A stretch of 64,000 nucleotides of DNA from Nitrospirales bacterium (GTDB lineage: Bacteria; Nitrospirota; Nitrospiria; Nitrospirales; UBA8639), in the NCBI GenBank assembly GCA_965223295.1, contig CBDCWC010000002.1, forward strand, positions 1,152,001 through 1,216,000. The letters run 5' to 3'. Of this stretch, positions 11,627-21,576 are shown piece after piece. The number at the start of each line of letters is the position of its first letter. Positions within the stretch are counted from its first letter, which is position 1. Position numbers and translations under genes: made by a program. The notes under the pieces are model-generated. The model was not told where the DNA came from, did not search any database, and saw only the letters and a list, made by a program, of their open reading frames with translations.

Positions 11627-12247
11627 TCACGAGAACCCAAATTCGGACATGATATCATCCACCAAATCTTGCTTGAGCGCGGTCGTTTTAGACGCCTCTA
11701 ATTGCCGGAGCATTTCAGTGCCACGCCCGTCGTCCTTGGCACCATCTTTCTTTTGCTTAATGCCAAAAACCACAACCAACTTGAGTAACTTGTGCTGTAC
11801 TTCATTAAGAATGGTCACTAGTTTTGCGACACGTTGTGCCACCAAGTCTTGAAATGAAAGAGCTACATGAATATCCGTAAGCCGGCCTTCATCAGTTTTT
11901 ACCATTTCCAACAATCTTTCAGCGTCGGTGGCAGATGCCCCATCCAGTTTTTGACACAATTCCTCCAAGCCACGTTGCAACGTTCCTCGATTGGTTTCTA
12001 TGGCTTCTGTGAGAGCGATCACTCGATGTGTGCCCTCTTCTGTGAGTTTGGCCAAATCATTCAGATGCGAAGTCGCCTGAGGCAATTGATCTGAGGTTGA
12101 GGCCACAGGCGATTCCATATCACGAATTGTGCTTGTAATTACTTCTACATATTTCGTTAGTTCAGCTAGTTCATTATTGATCGAACGATCTTCTTCTGGA
12201 GCATCAACATCTTCATCATCTGTCTCAATATTACGATCCACCAGCAT
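11627..12247 (-). CDS. cheZ: CheZ-family phosphatase; start probably ATG 12247
   Basis: LSFQDLVAQR catalytic DxxxQ motif; C-terminal QDLVDDIMSEFGF CheY-binding peptide; RBS AAGGAG; lies between cheY and cheA. Confidence 0.85.
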   Translation of the reverse strand: MLVDRNIETDDEDVDAPEEDRSINNELAELTKYVEVITSTIRDMESPVASTSDQLPQATSHLNDLAKLTEEGTHRVIALTEAIETNRGTLQRGLEELCQKLDGASATDAERLLEMVKTDEGRLTDIHVALSFQDLVAQRVAKLVTILNEVQHKLLKLVVVFGIKQKKDGAKDDGRGTEMLRQLEASKTTALKQDLVDDIMSEFGFS

Positions 12248-12299
12248 AGAATTCTCCTTATCCGACAAAAGAATGTGGAACGATCTTGTGAGGCTTTCT

Positions 12300-12698
12300 T
12301 TACCCTCTAGCCGGTTGAGTTTTGGCAAAGATTTTCTCGAGCTTTCCTTGAAGCGCCTCGGCCGTAAAGGGTTTCACAACATAGTTACTCACGCCAGCTT
12401 GCACGGCCTCGATAATATTTTCTTTTTGGGCTTCAGCCGTCACCATCAAGAAAGGAAGATGCTTGAGATCAGGATCTGCCCGCACGGCACGCAATAATTC
12501 AATACCCTGCATAACTGGCATGTTCCAATCGGACACAACCAACCCGAATCCGCCAGCCTTCAATTTCGTCAAGGCATCCTGGCCATTTTCCGCTTCAGTT
12601 AAGTTGGAAAACCCGATTTGCTTCAACACATTTTTCACAATTCGCCGCATCGTGGACATATCATCCACCACTAAAACTTTAAGACTGGTATCAATCAT
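12300..12698 (-). CDS. cheY: CheY (system 1, likely the motor-controlling CheY)
   Basis: [34 protein letters not shown]. Confidence 0.96.
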   Translation of the reverse strand: MIDTSLKVLVVDDMSTMRRIVKNVLKQIGFSNLTEAENGQDALTKLKAGGFGLVVSDWNMPVMQGIELLRAVRADPDLKHLPFLMVTAEAQKENIIEAVQAGVSNYVVKPFTAEALQGKLEKIFAKTQPARG

Positions 12699-13249
12699 GC
12701 TGAACTCCTTGAAGCTTGAGGAAAGCCCCTCTGTGAGACATCACAAACTCATCATAAACGGATGCAAGAACAATAAATGACAATTCCTAGATGCCGCTAA
12801 CATGTAGTAAATTGAAATTCGGTTACTTGATGCTTATTCTTTAGATATTCATTAAAAAAGTTATGTTCTAAAAGAGAGGTAAGAAGTGTTCTCTGGAGGG
12901 GAATTTTTTACTTCACAAGTGTAGTCAACAAACCATGCTGACAATGCAAATTCTAGTCTAGAATGCAAACCACGGGACCATGAGAGGTCGAAAACTAGGA
13001 GAGAAACTCGTTAGAGGAGAAACGCGGAAGCGTCAAGAGAAAGAACAGAAACAGAAACTGAAGCTGGCAAGACTCAAAGAAAGAGTCAAGCATAGATGCT
13101 GAGGCAACCATGTAGGGTATCCCATTGAACTTGACAAACCATATGATCAGATATTTCATCCTTCGAAACTGGTCCGTCGATACTGTGCACATCATACCCT
13201 AAACTCTATACTCTTCCCCAATACACTGAAGGGAACAGAGATACCAGAA

Positions 13250-13483
13250 TTAGTTTAAACTAAACCGGTCGCGGCTGCCGTTTCCTGAAGCAGCTCCAAC
13301 CATTGCTTCATCGCTGCCTGCATTTTGTACCCACGCTTCAATTTCTTCCCGGACAAATCGCCAATGCTTGCCAACCTTGTGACCTGGGAGGCGTCGTTCT
13401 CGAGCCAATTTGTAAATCGTTGACTTCGGAACTTTTAAGAATGTGGAAACTTCACTTAATGTCAGTAAATCTTTCATTGTCAT
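13250..13483 (-). CDS. Small helix-turn-helix DNA-binding protein (excisionase-like/MerR-fold HTH)
   Basis: LLTLSEVSTFLKVPKSTIYKLARERRLPGHKVGKHWRF pattern. Confidence 0.85.
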   Translation of the reverse strand: MTMKDLLTLSEVSTFLKVPKSTIYKLARERRLPGHKVGKHWRFVREEIEAWVQNAGSDEAMVGAASGNGSRDRFSLN

Positions 13484-13516
13484 ACCCTCGTTAGATTTTG
13501 GCCAATAATGGTTTTC

Positions 13517-13544
13517 GTATCGGACTGATAGTTAGAAAACTTGA
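13517..13544 (-). promoter_or_regulatory. Sigma28 (FliA)-like promoter for the HTH gene
   Basis: Minus strand TCAA-N16(GTTTT...)-TCCGATAC. Confidence 0.6.
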
Positions 13545-13608
13545 GCGTTTTTCCGCAATAGAGGGTTTTTTTGTCCTAGAGACCTAGAAAACTCTGCCTA
13601 GGACTTCT

Positions 13609-16551
13609 TCAAACCTTTCCGCGATGGTGCTCCTGGCTTCTTTCACCTGGCATTTCTTGAGGCGATGGCATTGCCTCCCTGAGTAGAGTGGTTAACCTCT
13701 TGACCTCATAGTCCAAATCTCGGAAACGGTGCCGCAGTTCGATAAATTCTGCCCTCAAAGCTTTCTCTTCAAGACATCCAGCTAGCTTTGCCTGATGAGA
13801 TGCATTTAGAGCAGACAAGGCCCCCTTTAATTGATGAAGGAGGCGTTGAAACTCGTGGCGATTTTCCTCAACGAGAGCTTCATCCAGCCCTCGCATGATT
13901 GGGGGGGCGGTGTCAAAAAATATATGGAACAGAGAATGTAGCAATGCCTCATCGCCTTCTACTGACTCCAACGCTACCGAAAAACTATAGATTTCACTGG
14001 ATGACTGATCCGACACTTGAGTCCTTACAGCTTCAGCCTCTCCGACGCACTTTCTCTTACCTGAAACATCCAACCCAAGCCACTCCTTCAGTACGCGTAC
14101 CAAATCTCGGATGTGAACGGGCTTTGCCAAACAATCATCCATCACATGGACCCAACGCTCTTGATTTTTCTCTGAATGTCCATGTGCGGTCATTCCGATA
14201 ATTGGAATAGTCTTAGACCATAAACCCCTGTTCTCTAGCCGTTTCAGACGCTTCGATTTCTCCAGTTCTCGAATTGCCTGCGTGGTCTCAAAACCATCCA
14301 TTCCTGGCAATTCCCAATCCATCATGATGACATCAAACGCCTGTTCCTGAACAAGCGTCAGGGCTTGATCCCCTGATTTGGCGATCATCACGTGACAACC
14401 TAACTTGCCGAACAACCCCGCAGCCACCTTTTGATTGACAAGATTATCTTCAACAATCAGAACTGAGGGCCTCCTGTGACGATTCTTGTCTTCACATTCA
14501 ATGGTGACGTTCATACTCTGCTGATCGGATTCCCCCGGCACTAATAGTCTTGAATTATCATCACGATGAAAATCAGTGGATGCGTTACATTGATCAAACA
14601 CATCAGGTTCGTTGAATACACAGCGATATAGTTGATCTCGATGAATAGGCAATGTAATCATGCCGTCAAATGTTTTAAGCAAATCTTCATTGTTCTTTCG
14701 CAACCAAAAGGGACCCATCGCCCAGAGATGTATGTCCGAAAATGGAGCTGCTTTTACCGTCGACAGCCATGAACTCCATGTTTCCTGTCTAACTTCTTCT
14801 CCTATGATAATGCCTAACACGTCGGAGGGAGAGGTGCGTTTCGTCTCGAAATATTCTTTAGCGTCTTGCATCTCTTCAACCCATACCACTCGCAATCCTC
14901 TTTCTTGCAAATAACGAGATATCACCTCACTAGACATATTTAATGAAGAACATAGGAGCAGTTCTTTTCCGGCATCAACACCCAACGGCATCTCCTTTTC
15001 CTGGCCTACAGCAGGAAGCTGAAAGGGGAGATTACACCAAAACGTCGAACCATAGCCCTGCCGACTCTTCACTCCAACTGTCCCATTCATGAGTTCCACT
15101 AGTTGTTGACAAATAGCCAACCCCAACCCTGACCCACCAAATTTCCGACTCATAGAACTATCGGCTTGAGTAAACACCTGAAAAATTTTTTCTTGGGTGG
15201 AGGGAGAAATTCCAATTCCAGTATCCTTCACTGCAAATTGCAGAGATCGTTCAGAGACTTGTTCAACAATCTCTGAGTCTTCTCTAGACCCAGCAACTAT
15301 TCTCTTTTCGCATGCTGGAAGGAGCGTCACTTCAAGCCACACGGATCCCTTGTTTGTAAACTTGAGGGCATTCGAAACAAAATTACAGAGAATTTGACGT
15401 AAGCGATGAGGATCGCCAATCAAGTGGCACGGAATTTCTTGGCTAACATACGCGGCTAAATCCAGCCCCTTTTGGTAGGCTCGTTCCGAAAATAAATCCA
15501 ACACTTCTTCAACTAACGTCCAAGGATTGAAACCAATTTGTTCCAAAGCCATATACCCTGACTCAATTTTTGAAAAATCCAAAATATCATTAATAATCGC
15601 AAGCAACCCCTCGCCGGAATTCCTGATAATTTTGGTACATTCTTCTTGCTCCGGGTTTAAGACCGAATTTAATAGCAGCTCAGCCATTCCAATCACGCCG
15701 TTCAACGGTGTACGAATCTCATGGCTCATCGTCGCCAAAAATGCCGCTTTTGCTTGCGTCGCTTCTTCGGCCTTGACCAATGCTTGGTCTAACTCTTGAT
15801 TTTTTGTCTCCAATGTATCGGCAAAAGTTGTCAATTCAGCCTCCGCTCGTTTTGACTCTGTGATATCCATGCCGTATCCACGAAGCCGGCCCAATTCCGG
15901 ATGAGAAGAAAACATCCAGGCATAGTATTTCTCTCCTACTCGGACTTCGACATTGGTTTCAAGATGACCGTGCGCCAAACATCTAGCCGCCAAACCTGGG
16001 AAGTCGTCAGGTAAGGCTGTCGAAAATCCATCTTGGCCGATCTGCGCTTCTTCCATTAACCGTTCCATCGAAGGATTGACGTATAGCAGATGTCCCTCTG
16101 CATCGACCTCAATAATGGGAAAGGGACTTTCCTGTGGGATAGAGGCTAAGCGACTAAATTCCTCGGCCAAGCGAGTTTCCGTACTCAAATCACGAAACAT
16201 GAGGAGGAATTGAGTGTCTTCCTCCTCTTCTATGGCAACGGCTTTCATTTCCACCCAACACCACGTTCCTCGACGACATCGCATACGAATTCGTGGGAAC
16301 CAGCCAATTTTTTTTTCTTTAATCATTGATAAAAAATGCTGACAAAAAGTTTGGTCTCTCGCAACGGGCGCCGAATCCTCTACCATGTCATCAATCGAGA
16401 GATTGGTAGGGCAAACGCCCCCCCACCCAAGCAAACGGGAACCTGCGATATTCATCTGAACGACCGTACCTTTGTGATCAAGCAGACACGCTCCAACAAT
16501 TAGTGCGTCCCATAAATGTTGGGCAAAAGAAGGACGTGTTCCGAGGATCAT
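13609..16551 (-). CDS. Soluble hybrid sensor kinase PAS-PAS-HisKA-HATPase-(degenerate REC)-REC-Hpt
   Basis: FLATMSHEIRTPLNG, NALKFT, GGSGLGL, VEDN...MDWELPGMDG, Hpt LHQLKG; start overlaps the HD-GYP stop. Confidence 0.92.
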   Translation of the reverse strand: MILGTRPSFAQHLWDALIVGACLLDHKGTVVQMNIAGSRLLGWGGVCPTNLSIDDMVEDSAPVARDQTFCQHFLSMIKEKKIGWFPRIRMRCRRGTWCWVEMKAVAIEEEEDTQFLLMFRDLSTETRLAEEFSRLASIPQESPFPIIEVDAEGHLLYVNPSMERLMEEAQIGQDGFSTALPDDFPGLAARCLAHGHLETNVEVRVGEKYYAWMFSSHPELGRLRGYGMDITESKRAEAELTTFADTLETKNQELDQALVKAEEATQAKAAFLATMSHEIRTPLNGVIGMAELLLNSVLNPEQEECTKIIRNSGEGLLAIINDILDFSKIESGYMALEQIGFNPWTLVEEVLDLFSERAYQKGLDLAAYVSQEIPCHLIGDPHRLRQILCNFVSNALKFTNKGSVWLEVTLLPACEKRIVAGSREDSEIVEQVSERSLQFAVKDTGIGISPSTQEKIFQVFTQADSSMSRKFGGSGLGLAICQQLVELMNGTVGVKSRQGYGSTFWCNLPFQLPAVGQEKEMPLGVDAGKELLLCSSLNMSSEVISRYLQERGLRVVWVEEMQDAKEYFETKRTSPSDVLGIIIGEEVRQETWSSWLSTVKAAPFSDIHLWAMGPFWLRKNNEDLLKTFDGMITLPIHRDQLYRCVFNEPDVFDQCNASTDFHRDDNSRLLVPGESDQQSMNVTIECEDKNRHRRPSVLIVEDNLVNQKVAAGLFGKLGCHVMIAKSGDQALTLVQEQAFDVIMMDWELPGMDGFETTQAIRELEKSKRLKRLENRGLWSKTIPIIGMTAHGHSEKNQERWVHVMDDCLAKPVHIRDLVRVLKEWLGLDVSGKRKCVGEAEAVRTQVSDQSSSEIYSFSVALESVEGDEALLHSLFHIFFDTAPPIMRGLDEALVEENRHEFQRLLHQLKGALSALNASHQAKLAGCLEEKALRAEFIELRHRFRDLDYEVKRLTTLLREAMPSPQEMPGERSQEHHRGKV

Positions 16552-17861
16552 CAGAGATACTCCTTAGGATCAATGGCATACTCCGTGGGCTCTAGAACTT
16601 TCACAATGCTCACATCATGTCCTAAATTGGAATGGTTCGTTAAATCACAGACCCATGGCCGGTTAAGAATCTTTCCATCAGAATCCTGAAAAATCTTGAC
16701 CTGCGGTTTCAGACCACTTTTCTCATTTTGCTTCACGACGACGGCTTGTTCACCAATAGACAATTGCACAGCCGTACCAACGGGAAACACACCAAACGTT
16801 CGTATCATTGCTTCAATACACCGGGTTGAGAATTTTCCCTTCTGCGCTTCCTGATACATCCGACGAATGGCTAACGCGGCAGGGAAAGATCCCGTGACAC
16901 CTCCGACTGTTAACAGCTCATCAAAATAGTCCATCACACCTAACAACTGTCCACATTCAGAAAGGCTATTGTTCCCCTGTCTGTTCGCATACCCAGACCC
17001 GTCCTGATAGGCATGATGCTCCGCCACCATTCGCACGATATCCTGAGAAAACTGCTGTTGCCGTTGAATAAGGGCCTCTCCAATGGCCACATGTTGCTGA
17101 AGCAACCGAGAATCATTTCCGCTATTCCAGTGATCTTTCATAACATTGTGTGGCAACCGCATATAGCCAACATCATGCAATAAGGCCCCCACACCAATTT
17201 TTTCTAGTGTTTCATCATCCCATCCTAATTGCAGGCCAACCAAAATCGAGCACACGGCCGTATCAACCACATGCGCATAGAGAGTCTTATCAAAGTGGCT
17301 CAGCGCATTAACTAATAAAATTTCTGCCAGGAGTGTTGGATGTTGCAAAGCTTTCTGGACCAAGGATTGCGCTGCGGCATGCAGATCAGGCCGAGAAATC
17401 TGCTGCCCGCTCTTCACGCCATCAAACATGTCTTCGACGGCAGCCAACACATCTTCACGAGCCCGAGCAAGCGCAGCCCGATTCTTGGACTCCTCTTCAA
17501 AAATCGATTTTCCGGGAACTTCAACAGTCTCTGACGACACTCCTTCAGCATTCCCCTCATTCAGAACAGGGACCACCGAAGGAGCATCTGCCAGATTGGC
17601 GAATTCCCCATCAGCATGTTCTTCAGAGTCAGAAGAAACCCCCACACCAAGAGAGATGTCAATTTCTACTTCCTTAATCCCTGAACGCAGCAGTTGTTGG
17701 ATCTCAACAGGCGAATTCAACAATCGCTGATGAGTAAAGAAAGGCGACTTCCACCACGAATCAAGAACACGGACCAAAAACATGCCCGATCGCAATTGAG
17801 AGGTGGCAATGCGTCGAAGCGTGGAAGAAGAAGTCGAGGTTACTCTGGAAAGACTAGACAT
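16551..17861 (-). CDS. HD-GYP family protein with DUF3391-like N-terminus (GYP loop divergent)
   Basis: LLHDVG, HHAYQDGSGYA, FPVGT.V.LS.GE.AVV; N-terminal L..GMF...LDSWWKSPF. Confidence 0.85.
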   Translation of the reverse strand: MSSLSRVTSTSSSTLRRIATSQLRSGMFLVRVLDSWWKSPFFTHQRLLNSPVEIQQLLRSGIKEVEIDISLGVGVSSDSEEHADGEFANLADAPSVVPVLNEGNAEGVSSETVEVPGKSIFEEESKNRAALARAREDVLAAVEDMFDGVKSGQQISRPDLHAAAQSLVQKALQHPTLLAEILLVNALSHFDKTLYAHVVDTAVCSILVGLQLGWDDETLEKIGVGALLHDVGYMRLPHNVMKDHWNSGNDSRLLQQHVAIGEALIQRQQQFSQDIVRMVAEHHAYQDGSGYANRQGNNSLSECGQLLGVMDYFDELLTVGGVTGSFPAALAIRRMYQEAQKGKFSTRCIEAMIRTFGVFPVGTAVQLSIGEQAVVVKQNEKSGLKPQVKIFQDSDGKILNRPWVCDLTNHSNLGHDVSIVKVLEPTEYAIDPKEYL

Positions 17862-18009
17862 GCCACCCCCTCACTATAGGATTGAGGCTAACGATCTCGA
17901 CTCTCCTGAGACCTGAAGGGACAGTTTGAAATAAGAGAACTTGGTTGGACAACCTGCAGAACATGACAATTGAGAAGACCTATGCAGGCATAGTTGCCAG
18001 GGAAAATAT

Positions 18010-18360
18010 TTAGGCTGGCGCGCTAGCAGGAACAGGACTTTTGGGCACGTCTGCAACGGTGGGGAAAATAGGAATCATTTTCCCAATATTCGCCAAATCC
18101 AACACCTGTTTGACATAGGTTTGGGGATTTACCAGGTAAAATGGAATCTTTTTATTCTTAAGGTTTTGATGGCAAATGACCAAGAGACCCAACGCCGAAC
18201 TATCAACAAATGTCACTTTTTCCAAATCTAGCACTACTGTTTTTCCCTCCAGAGCTAGGGTATCGACGGTTTCCTTAAATTGTTTTCTGGACCCAAAATC
18301 AAAGCGTCCATCCAAATGAACGACCGCCATCGCATCGGTTTTTTCTTCTGAAATATTCAT
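18010..18360 (-). CDS. STAS anti-sigma-factor antagonist; start probably ATG 18360
   Basis: LDLEKVTFVDSSALGLL with the phospho-acceptor Ser; RBS GAAGGAGG. Confidence 0.9.
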   Translation of the reverse strand: MNISEEKTDAMAVVHLDGRFDFGSRKQFKETVDTLALEGKTVVLDLEKVTFVDSSALGLLVICHQNLKNKKIPFYLVNPQTYVKQVLDLANIGKMIPIFPTVADVPKSPVPASAPA

Positions 18361-18434
18361 ATGCGCCTCCTTCCCTTTGCTCCTGAAAGCTTTAAGTCTG
18401 TCGCTATAGCCCTCCAAGCCATCATTAATCAATC

Positions 18435-18462
18435 TTATCGGTTAGTATTCAAGAAGAATTAA
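18435..18462 (-). promoter_or_regulatory. Sigma28-like promoter for STAS / HD-GYP / hybrid kinase
   Basis: Minus strand TTAA-N16-ACCGATAA. Confidence 0.6.
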
Positions 18463-18550
18463 GGACAGAAGAGGAAGGATAAGATATGAAAAAGAGGTAA
18501 AATCGTCTGTAACATTCTTCCAACTCCTTACTCCTAATCTCTCACACCTT
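18461..18550. repeat. Heptamer inverted-repeat element (PilZ|STAS)
   Basis: Irregular purine arm, then ACTCCTT ACTCCTA ATCTCTC ACACCTT (18523-18550). Confidence 0.6.
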
Positions 18551-18561
18551 GCGAATTCTTC

Positions 18562-18951
18562 TTATGATTTGGCATGAAGCCCTACATGGGACTCAAACTC
18601 TTCTTCAACCTGATTCGCCTGCGTTCCACTGTTATACAATACTAAGTTTTTCAGATGCTGGATGCTCTCATTGCCAATAATTTCATCAAATTGCACAGCC
18701 AATTTGTGCGTCTCCGTACGTGCGACCACTCCCCTCGCCTCTATGGTAGGACCACCCTGTCCACCGTCTAAATGGACAAAAACTAGACACGGAGTTTGTT
18801 CAGGTAGCGATGTTTCACTATTGAGTAACAAACCGTTCAAGCTCACATTTTCCAATTCCCCTTGAATCACGACATTGCCGCCAACGCGCAACTCGGCATG
18901 AATTGCTACTTTGACTCGCGTAAACTCTCGATGATTTTCAACAGCAGGCAT
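18562..18951 (-). CDS. Stand-alone PilZ-domain c-di-GMP receptor; start probably ATG 18951
   Basis: RxxxR (REFTR) and NxSxxG (NVSLNG) motifs intact. Confidence 0.88.
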   Translation of the reverse strand: MPAVENHREFTRVKVAIHAELRVGGNVVIQGELENVSLNGLLLNSETSLPEQTPCLVFVHLDGGQGGPTIEARGVVARTETHKLAVQFDEIIGNESIQHLKNLVLYNSGTQANQVEEEFESHVGLHAKS

Positions 18952-18974
18952 AAGCCACCTTTCCTGTAAGAAGT

Positions 18975-19088
18975 CGTCAGGAGTGAAAACAAAAAGTGAG
19001 AAGCAAGAGAAAAGCAATTCGTAATTGCAGTTCCAATCTTCTTCTTGTATTTCCCATTTTTACTTCTACCGCCTCCCTTTACCCTCCT
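18975..19088. repeat. Heptamer inverted-repeat element (cheX|PilZ)
   Basis: CGTCAGG AGTGAAA ... AGTGAGA AGCAAGA followed by a pyrimidine-rich arm. Confidence 0.55.
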
Positions 19089-19538
19089 TCATTGTCGTTG
19101 CCAGACAGAAACAAAGAGCGGCTGTTCCTGACAATCAAACACCAGTTCGCTCATCCGTTTCATCCCTGAAATTTTCAAATGGTCGTCCGTCGTGGACTCT
19201 ACACAAGGGATAGAAAGCTGACACGGCTCGGGAAGCAAGGACTTGATATTACCTCCAATAATGTTTGTCAATTCATACATGGCATCGACAGAATCCTGGT
19301 CAGTACCAGCATCCGGTTCAGTTGAAAAGATCACAGCCGCCGCAGCTGCTGCCAGTTCCCGAGACCCATGCAACAACACGGCACCCGTCCAGGCCCCCGA
19401 AATTTCCACCTTCCCCGTCAAATATCCTGCAACTGGCCCCATCGACGCCGGCAACGCACGAGGACGAATGTCCAGCCCTAAAATCGACTGCCACGTGGCT
19501 TCCGTAATCTCCAAAATTTCCTCTTCAAGAAATTGCAT
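19089..19538 (-). CDS. cheX: CheX phosphatase; start probably ATG 19538
   Basis: DAMYELTNIIGGNIK (ExxN motif), LSIP. Confidence 0.9.
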   Translation of the reverse strand: MQFLEEEILEITEATWQSILGLDIRPRALPASMGPVAGYLTGKVEISGAWTGAVLLHGSRELAAAAAAVIFSTEPDAGTDQDSVDAMYELTNIIGGNIKSLLPEPCQLSIPCVESTTDDHLKISGMKRMSELVFDCQEQPLFVSVWQRQ

Positions 19539-19549
19539 TCGGGTTCCTC

Positions 19550-20383
19550 CTATCCCTTTTTCACTCGATAACATGAGGTGCCACTAATCGCGACTCGTTC
19601 ATATTGATCGTCTAAATTAATCGTTGTTTCCGATCCCCCTAAAAGCAAGTAGCCATTTGGATCTATTATTTTTCGAATGTTTCCTAAAATTTGTTTTTTG
19701 GTATCCGCATCAAAATAAATCATGACATTGCGAAGAAACACAATGTCCAACGTTGGAAATGACAACCACGGCCCAGCCAGATTCATAGGTTTAAAATCAA
19801 TCTGTCGACGAATCTCTTCTTGCACCTGCCAACCCATACCCTTTTTTGAAAAATATTTGGTCAGCAATATCGCAGGAAGACCACGATTCACTTCGAGTTG
19901 ACTGTATTTACCATTCCGGCATTTGGTCAGCATTTCATCTGAAATATCCGTCGCAATGAATTGAACCACCCAGTTCTTTAATTCTGGGAAATGCTCCATA
20001 ATCGTGAACATGACTGAATACGGCTCCTGTCCGCTGGAACTGGCTCCACACCACATATTCAAACGTTTCGAGGTACCTTTTCGTGCAATAATCTCTGGAA
20101 GTAATTTCTCACGTAGGGCGTCAAATGGCGTCAAATCTCTGAAAAAACTCGTTTCATTAGTGGTCATAGCTTCGACCACCTTCTTATGCAACACTCCATA
20201 GGGAGTCGAATGTAATTGCTGTACCAGTTCAGCTAAGGACTCGAAACCCTCGCTCTTGGAAAGAGGCTCTAACCGGGATTGCACCAAATAGGCTTTTTCT
20301 GGCTCCAACACAATGGCCGAACGGGTTCGTACCAACTCGCGCACATAGTCCAAGTCCTTTGGACTTAAAGCCACTTCCCCCAT
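19550..20383 (-). CDS. cheR: CheR methyltransferase (system 2)
   Basis: TTNETSFFRD, SSGQEPYS, FLRNVMIYF. Confidence 0.96.
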   Translation of the reverse strand: MGEVALSPKDLDYVRELVRTRSAIVLEPEKAYLVQSRLEPLSKSEGFESLAELVQQLHSTPYGVLHKKVVEAMTTNETSFFRDLTPFDALREKLLPEIIARKGTSKRLNMWCGASSSGQEPYSVMFTIMEHFPELKNWVVQFIATDISDEMLTKCRNGKYSQLEVNRGLPAILLTKYFSKKGMGWQVQEEIRRQIDFKPMNLAGPWLSFPTLDIVFLRNVMIYFDADTKKQILGNIRKIIDPNGYLLLGGSETTINLDDQYERVAISGTSCYRVKKG

Positions 20384-20397
20384 CGTATACCTTTCTG

Positions 20398-21489
20398 CTA
20401 GGCGGTCACAGGCTGTGCCTGACCGGCTCGCACTTTTCTTATGATTTCTGAAGAAATTTGATCAAGAGGGACAACTGAATGAGCGAGCCCGGCCTGTACC
20501 ACCGCTCCTGGCATCCCCCACACCACACTAGAAGCTTCGTCTTGCACCATAACATGGCCACCGGCTTCCCGAATCACTTCAGCCCCACGCATCCCATCCT
20601 GCCCCATACCAGTGAGCACCACAGCCAACACGGCCTTGCCATAAACCTTGGCCACAGACCGAAACATTACATCCACCGCAGGGCGGCATGAGTTTTCTGG
20701 CGGATCTTGGTTTGTTGCCAGCACAATCTTGGTTCCTTTTCGCTCCACAACCATATGGTAGTCTCCCGGAGCTATCCAAGCTTGCCCTGGTGTCATTACA
20801 TCGCCCGGGTTCCCCTCAAGGATCGGAATTTGAGATTTGACAGACAATCGTTCAGCCAGACATTTCGTAAACACGGGCGGCATATGTTGGACAATGACAA
20901 TAGGCACCGGACAATCTTTGGGGATACAAGGTATCACTTCCGCCAGGGCATTGGGACCTCCTGTCGAAACACCGATCGCCACAATATCCACTGCAAAGGG
21001 TTTTTTCGAACTGAATTGAAGGGCAGAAGGTGCTGAAGGCTTTGGCACAGCCGGTGCATCCGAACCGACAAATCCACTTTGTAGTTGAGCTAACGATTTG
21101 ATTTTGGGGATCAATTCTTCTCGAACACGCTGCATCGCCAACGTCGCACTCCCTACATTGGCGGGTTTGGTCACATAATCATTGGCTCCTCGAGCCAATG
21201 CCTCCAAGGTTTCCTTCGCCGCTCGTTGACTTAAGGTACTAAACATAATAATGGGGAGTTTCTTGTGTGTTTTCCGAATCTCCGAAACAGCCGTTAAGCC
21301 ATCCATCTCTGGCATTTCAATATCCATAGTCACAACGTCAGGAGGAGTTTGCTCAATCTTTGCCAGCGCAATTTCCCCCGTTGCCGCAGAACCAATCACC
21401 TCAATATCAGGATCTTTATTGAGTTCATCCGTCAGAATGCGTCTAATCACGACCGAATCATCGACAACAAGTACACGGATTTTGGGCAT
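20398..21489 (-). CDS. cheB: CheB methylesterase (system 2)
   Basis: REC plus GVSTGGP, VQHMP, LTGMGQDG. Confidence 0.96.
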   Translation of the reverse strand: MPKIRVLVVDDSVVIRRILTDELNKDPDIEVIGSAATGEIALAKIEQTPPDVVTMDIEMPEMDGLTAVSEIRKTHKKLPIIMFSTLSQRAAKETLEALARGANDYVTKPANVGSATLAMQRVREELIPKIKSLAQLQSGFVGSDAPAVPKPSAPSALQFSSKKPFAVDIVAIGVSTGGPNALAEVIPCIPKDCPVPIVIVQHMPPVFTKCLAERLSVKSQIPILEGNPGDVMTPGQAWIAPGDYHMVVERKGTKIVLATNQDPPENSCRPAVDVMFRSVAKVYGKAVLAVVLTGMGQDGMRGAEVIREAGGHVMVQDEASSVVWGMPGAVVQAGLAHSVVPLDQISSEIIRKVRAGQAQPVTA

Positions 21490-21503
21490 GTCTTTCTCCT
21501 ACA

Positions 21504-21576
21504 AGTAAAAAATCCGAAGCGAAGAAATGCTAATGAAGGCTTCCTAACATCTCACTTCTTCACTTCCACTTTTTCC
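21504..21576. repeat. Heptamer inverted-repeat element (cheY|cheB, system 2)
   Basis: AGTAAAA AATCCGA AGCGAAG ... ACATCTC ACTTCTT CACTTCC ACTTTTT. Confidence 0.55.

Noticed and set aside
12945-12990. c-di-GMP-I riboswitch (GCAAA-stem-GCAAA pattern)
   Set aside because: No GNRA tetraloop or receptor helix, and it faces away from the neighbouring genes; only a short palindrome TTCTAG-T-CTAGAA is supported
12980-13102. 40-aa basic plus-strand ORF MRGRKLGEKLVRGETRKRQEKEQKQKLKLARLKERVKHRC
   Set aside because: Weak RBS, and K/R/E richness is expected from a purine-rich tract; not supportable without homologues or Ribo-seq
13250-13483. Prophage or ICE marked by the excisionase-like gene
   Set aside because: No integrase, transposase, att repeats or phage genes; a sigma28-like promoter suggests a host regulator
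17984-17999. Sigma54-like site upstream of HD-GYP
   Set aside because: Spacing one base too long and a weak -12
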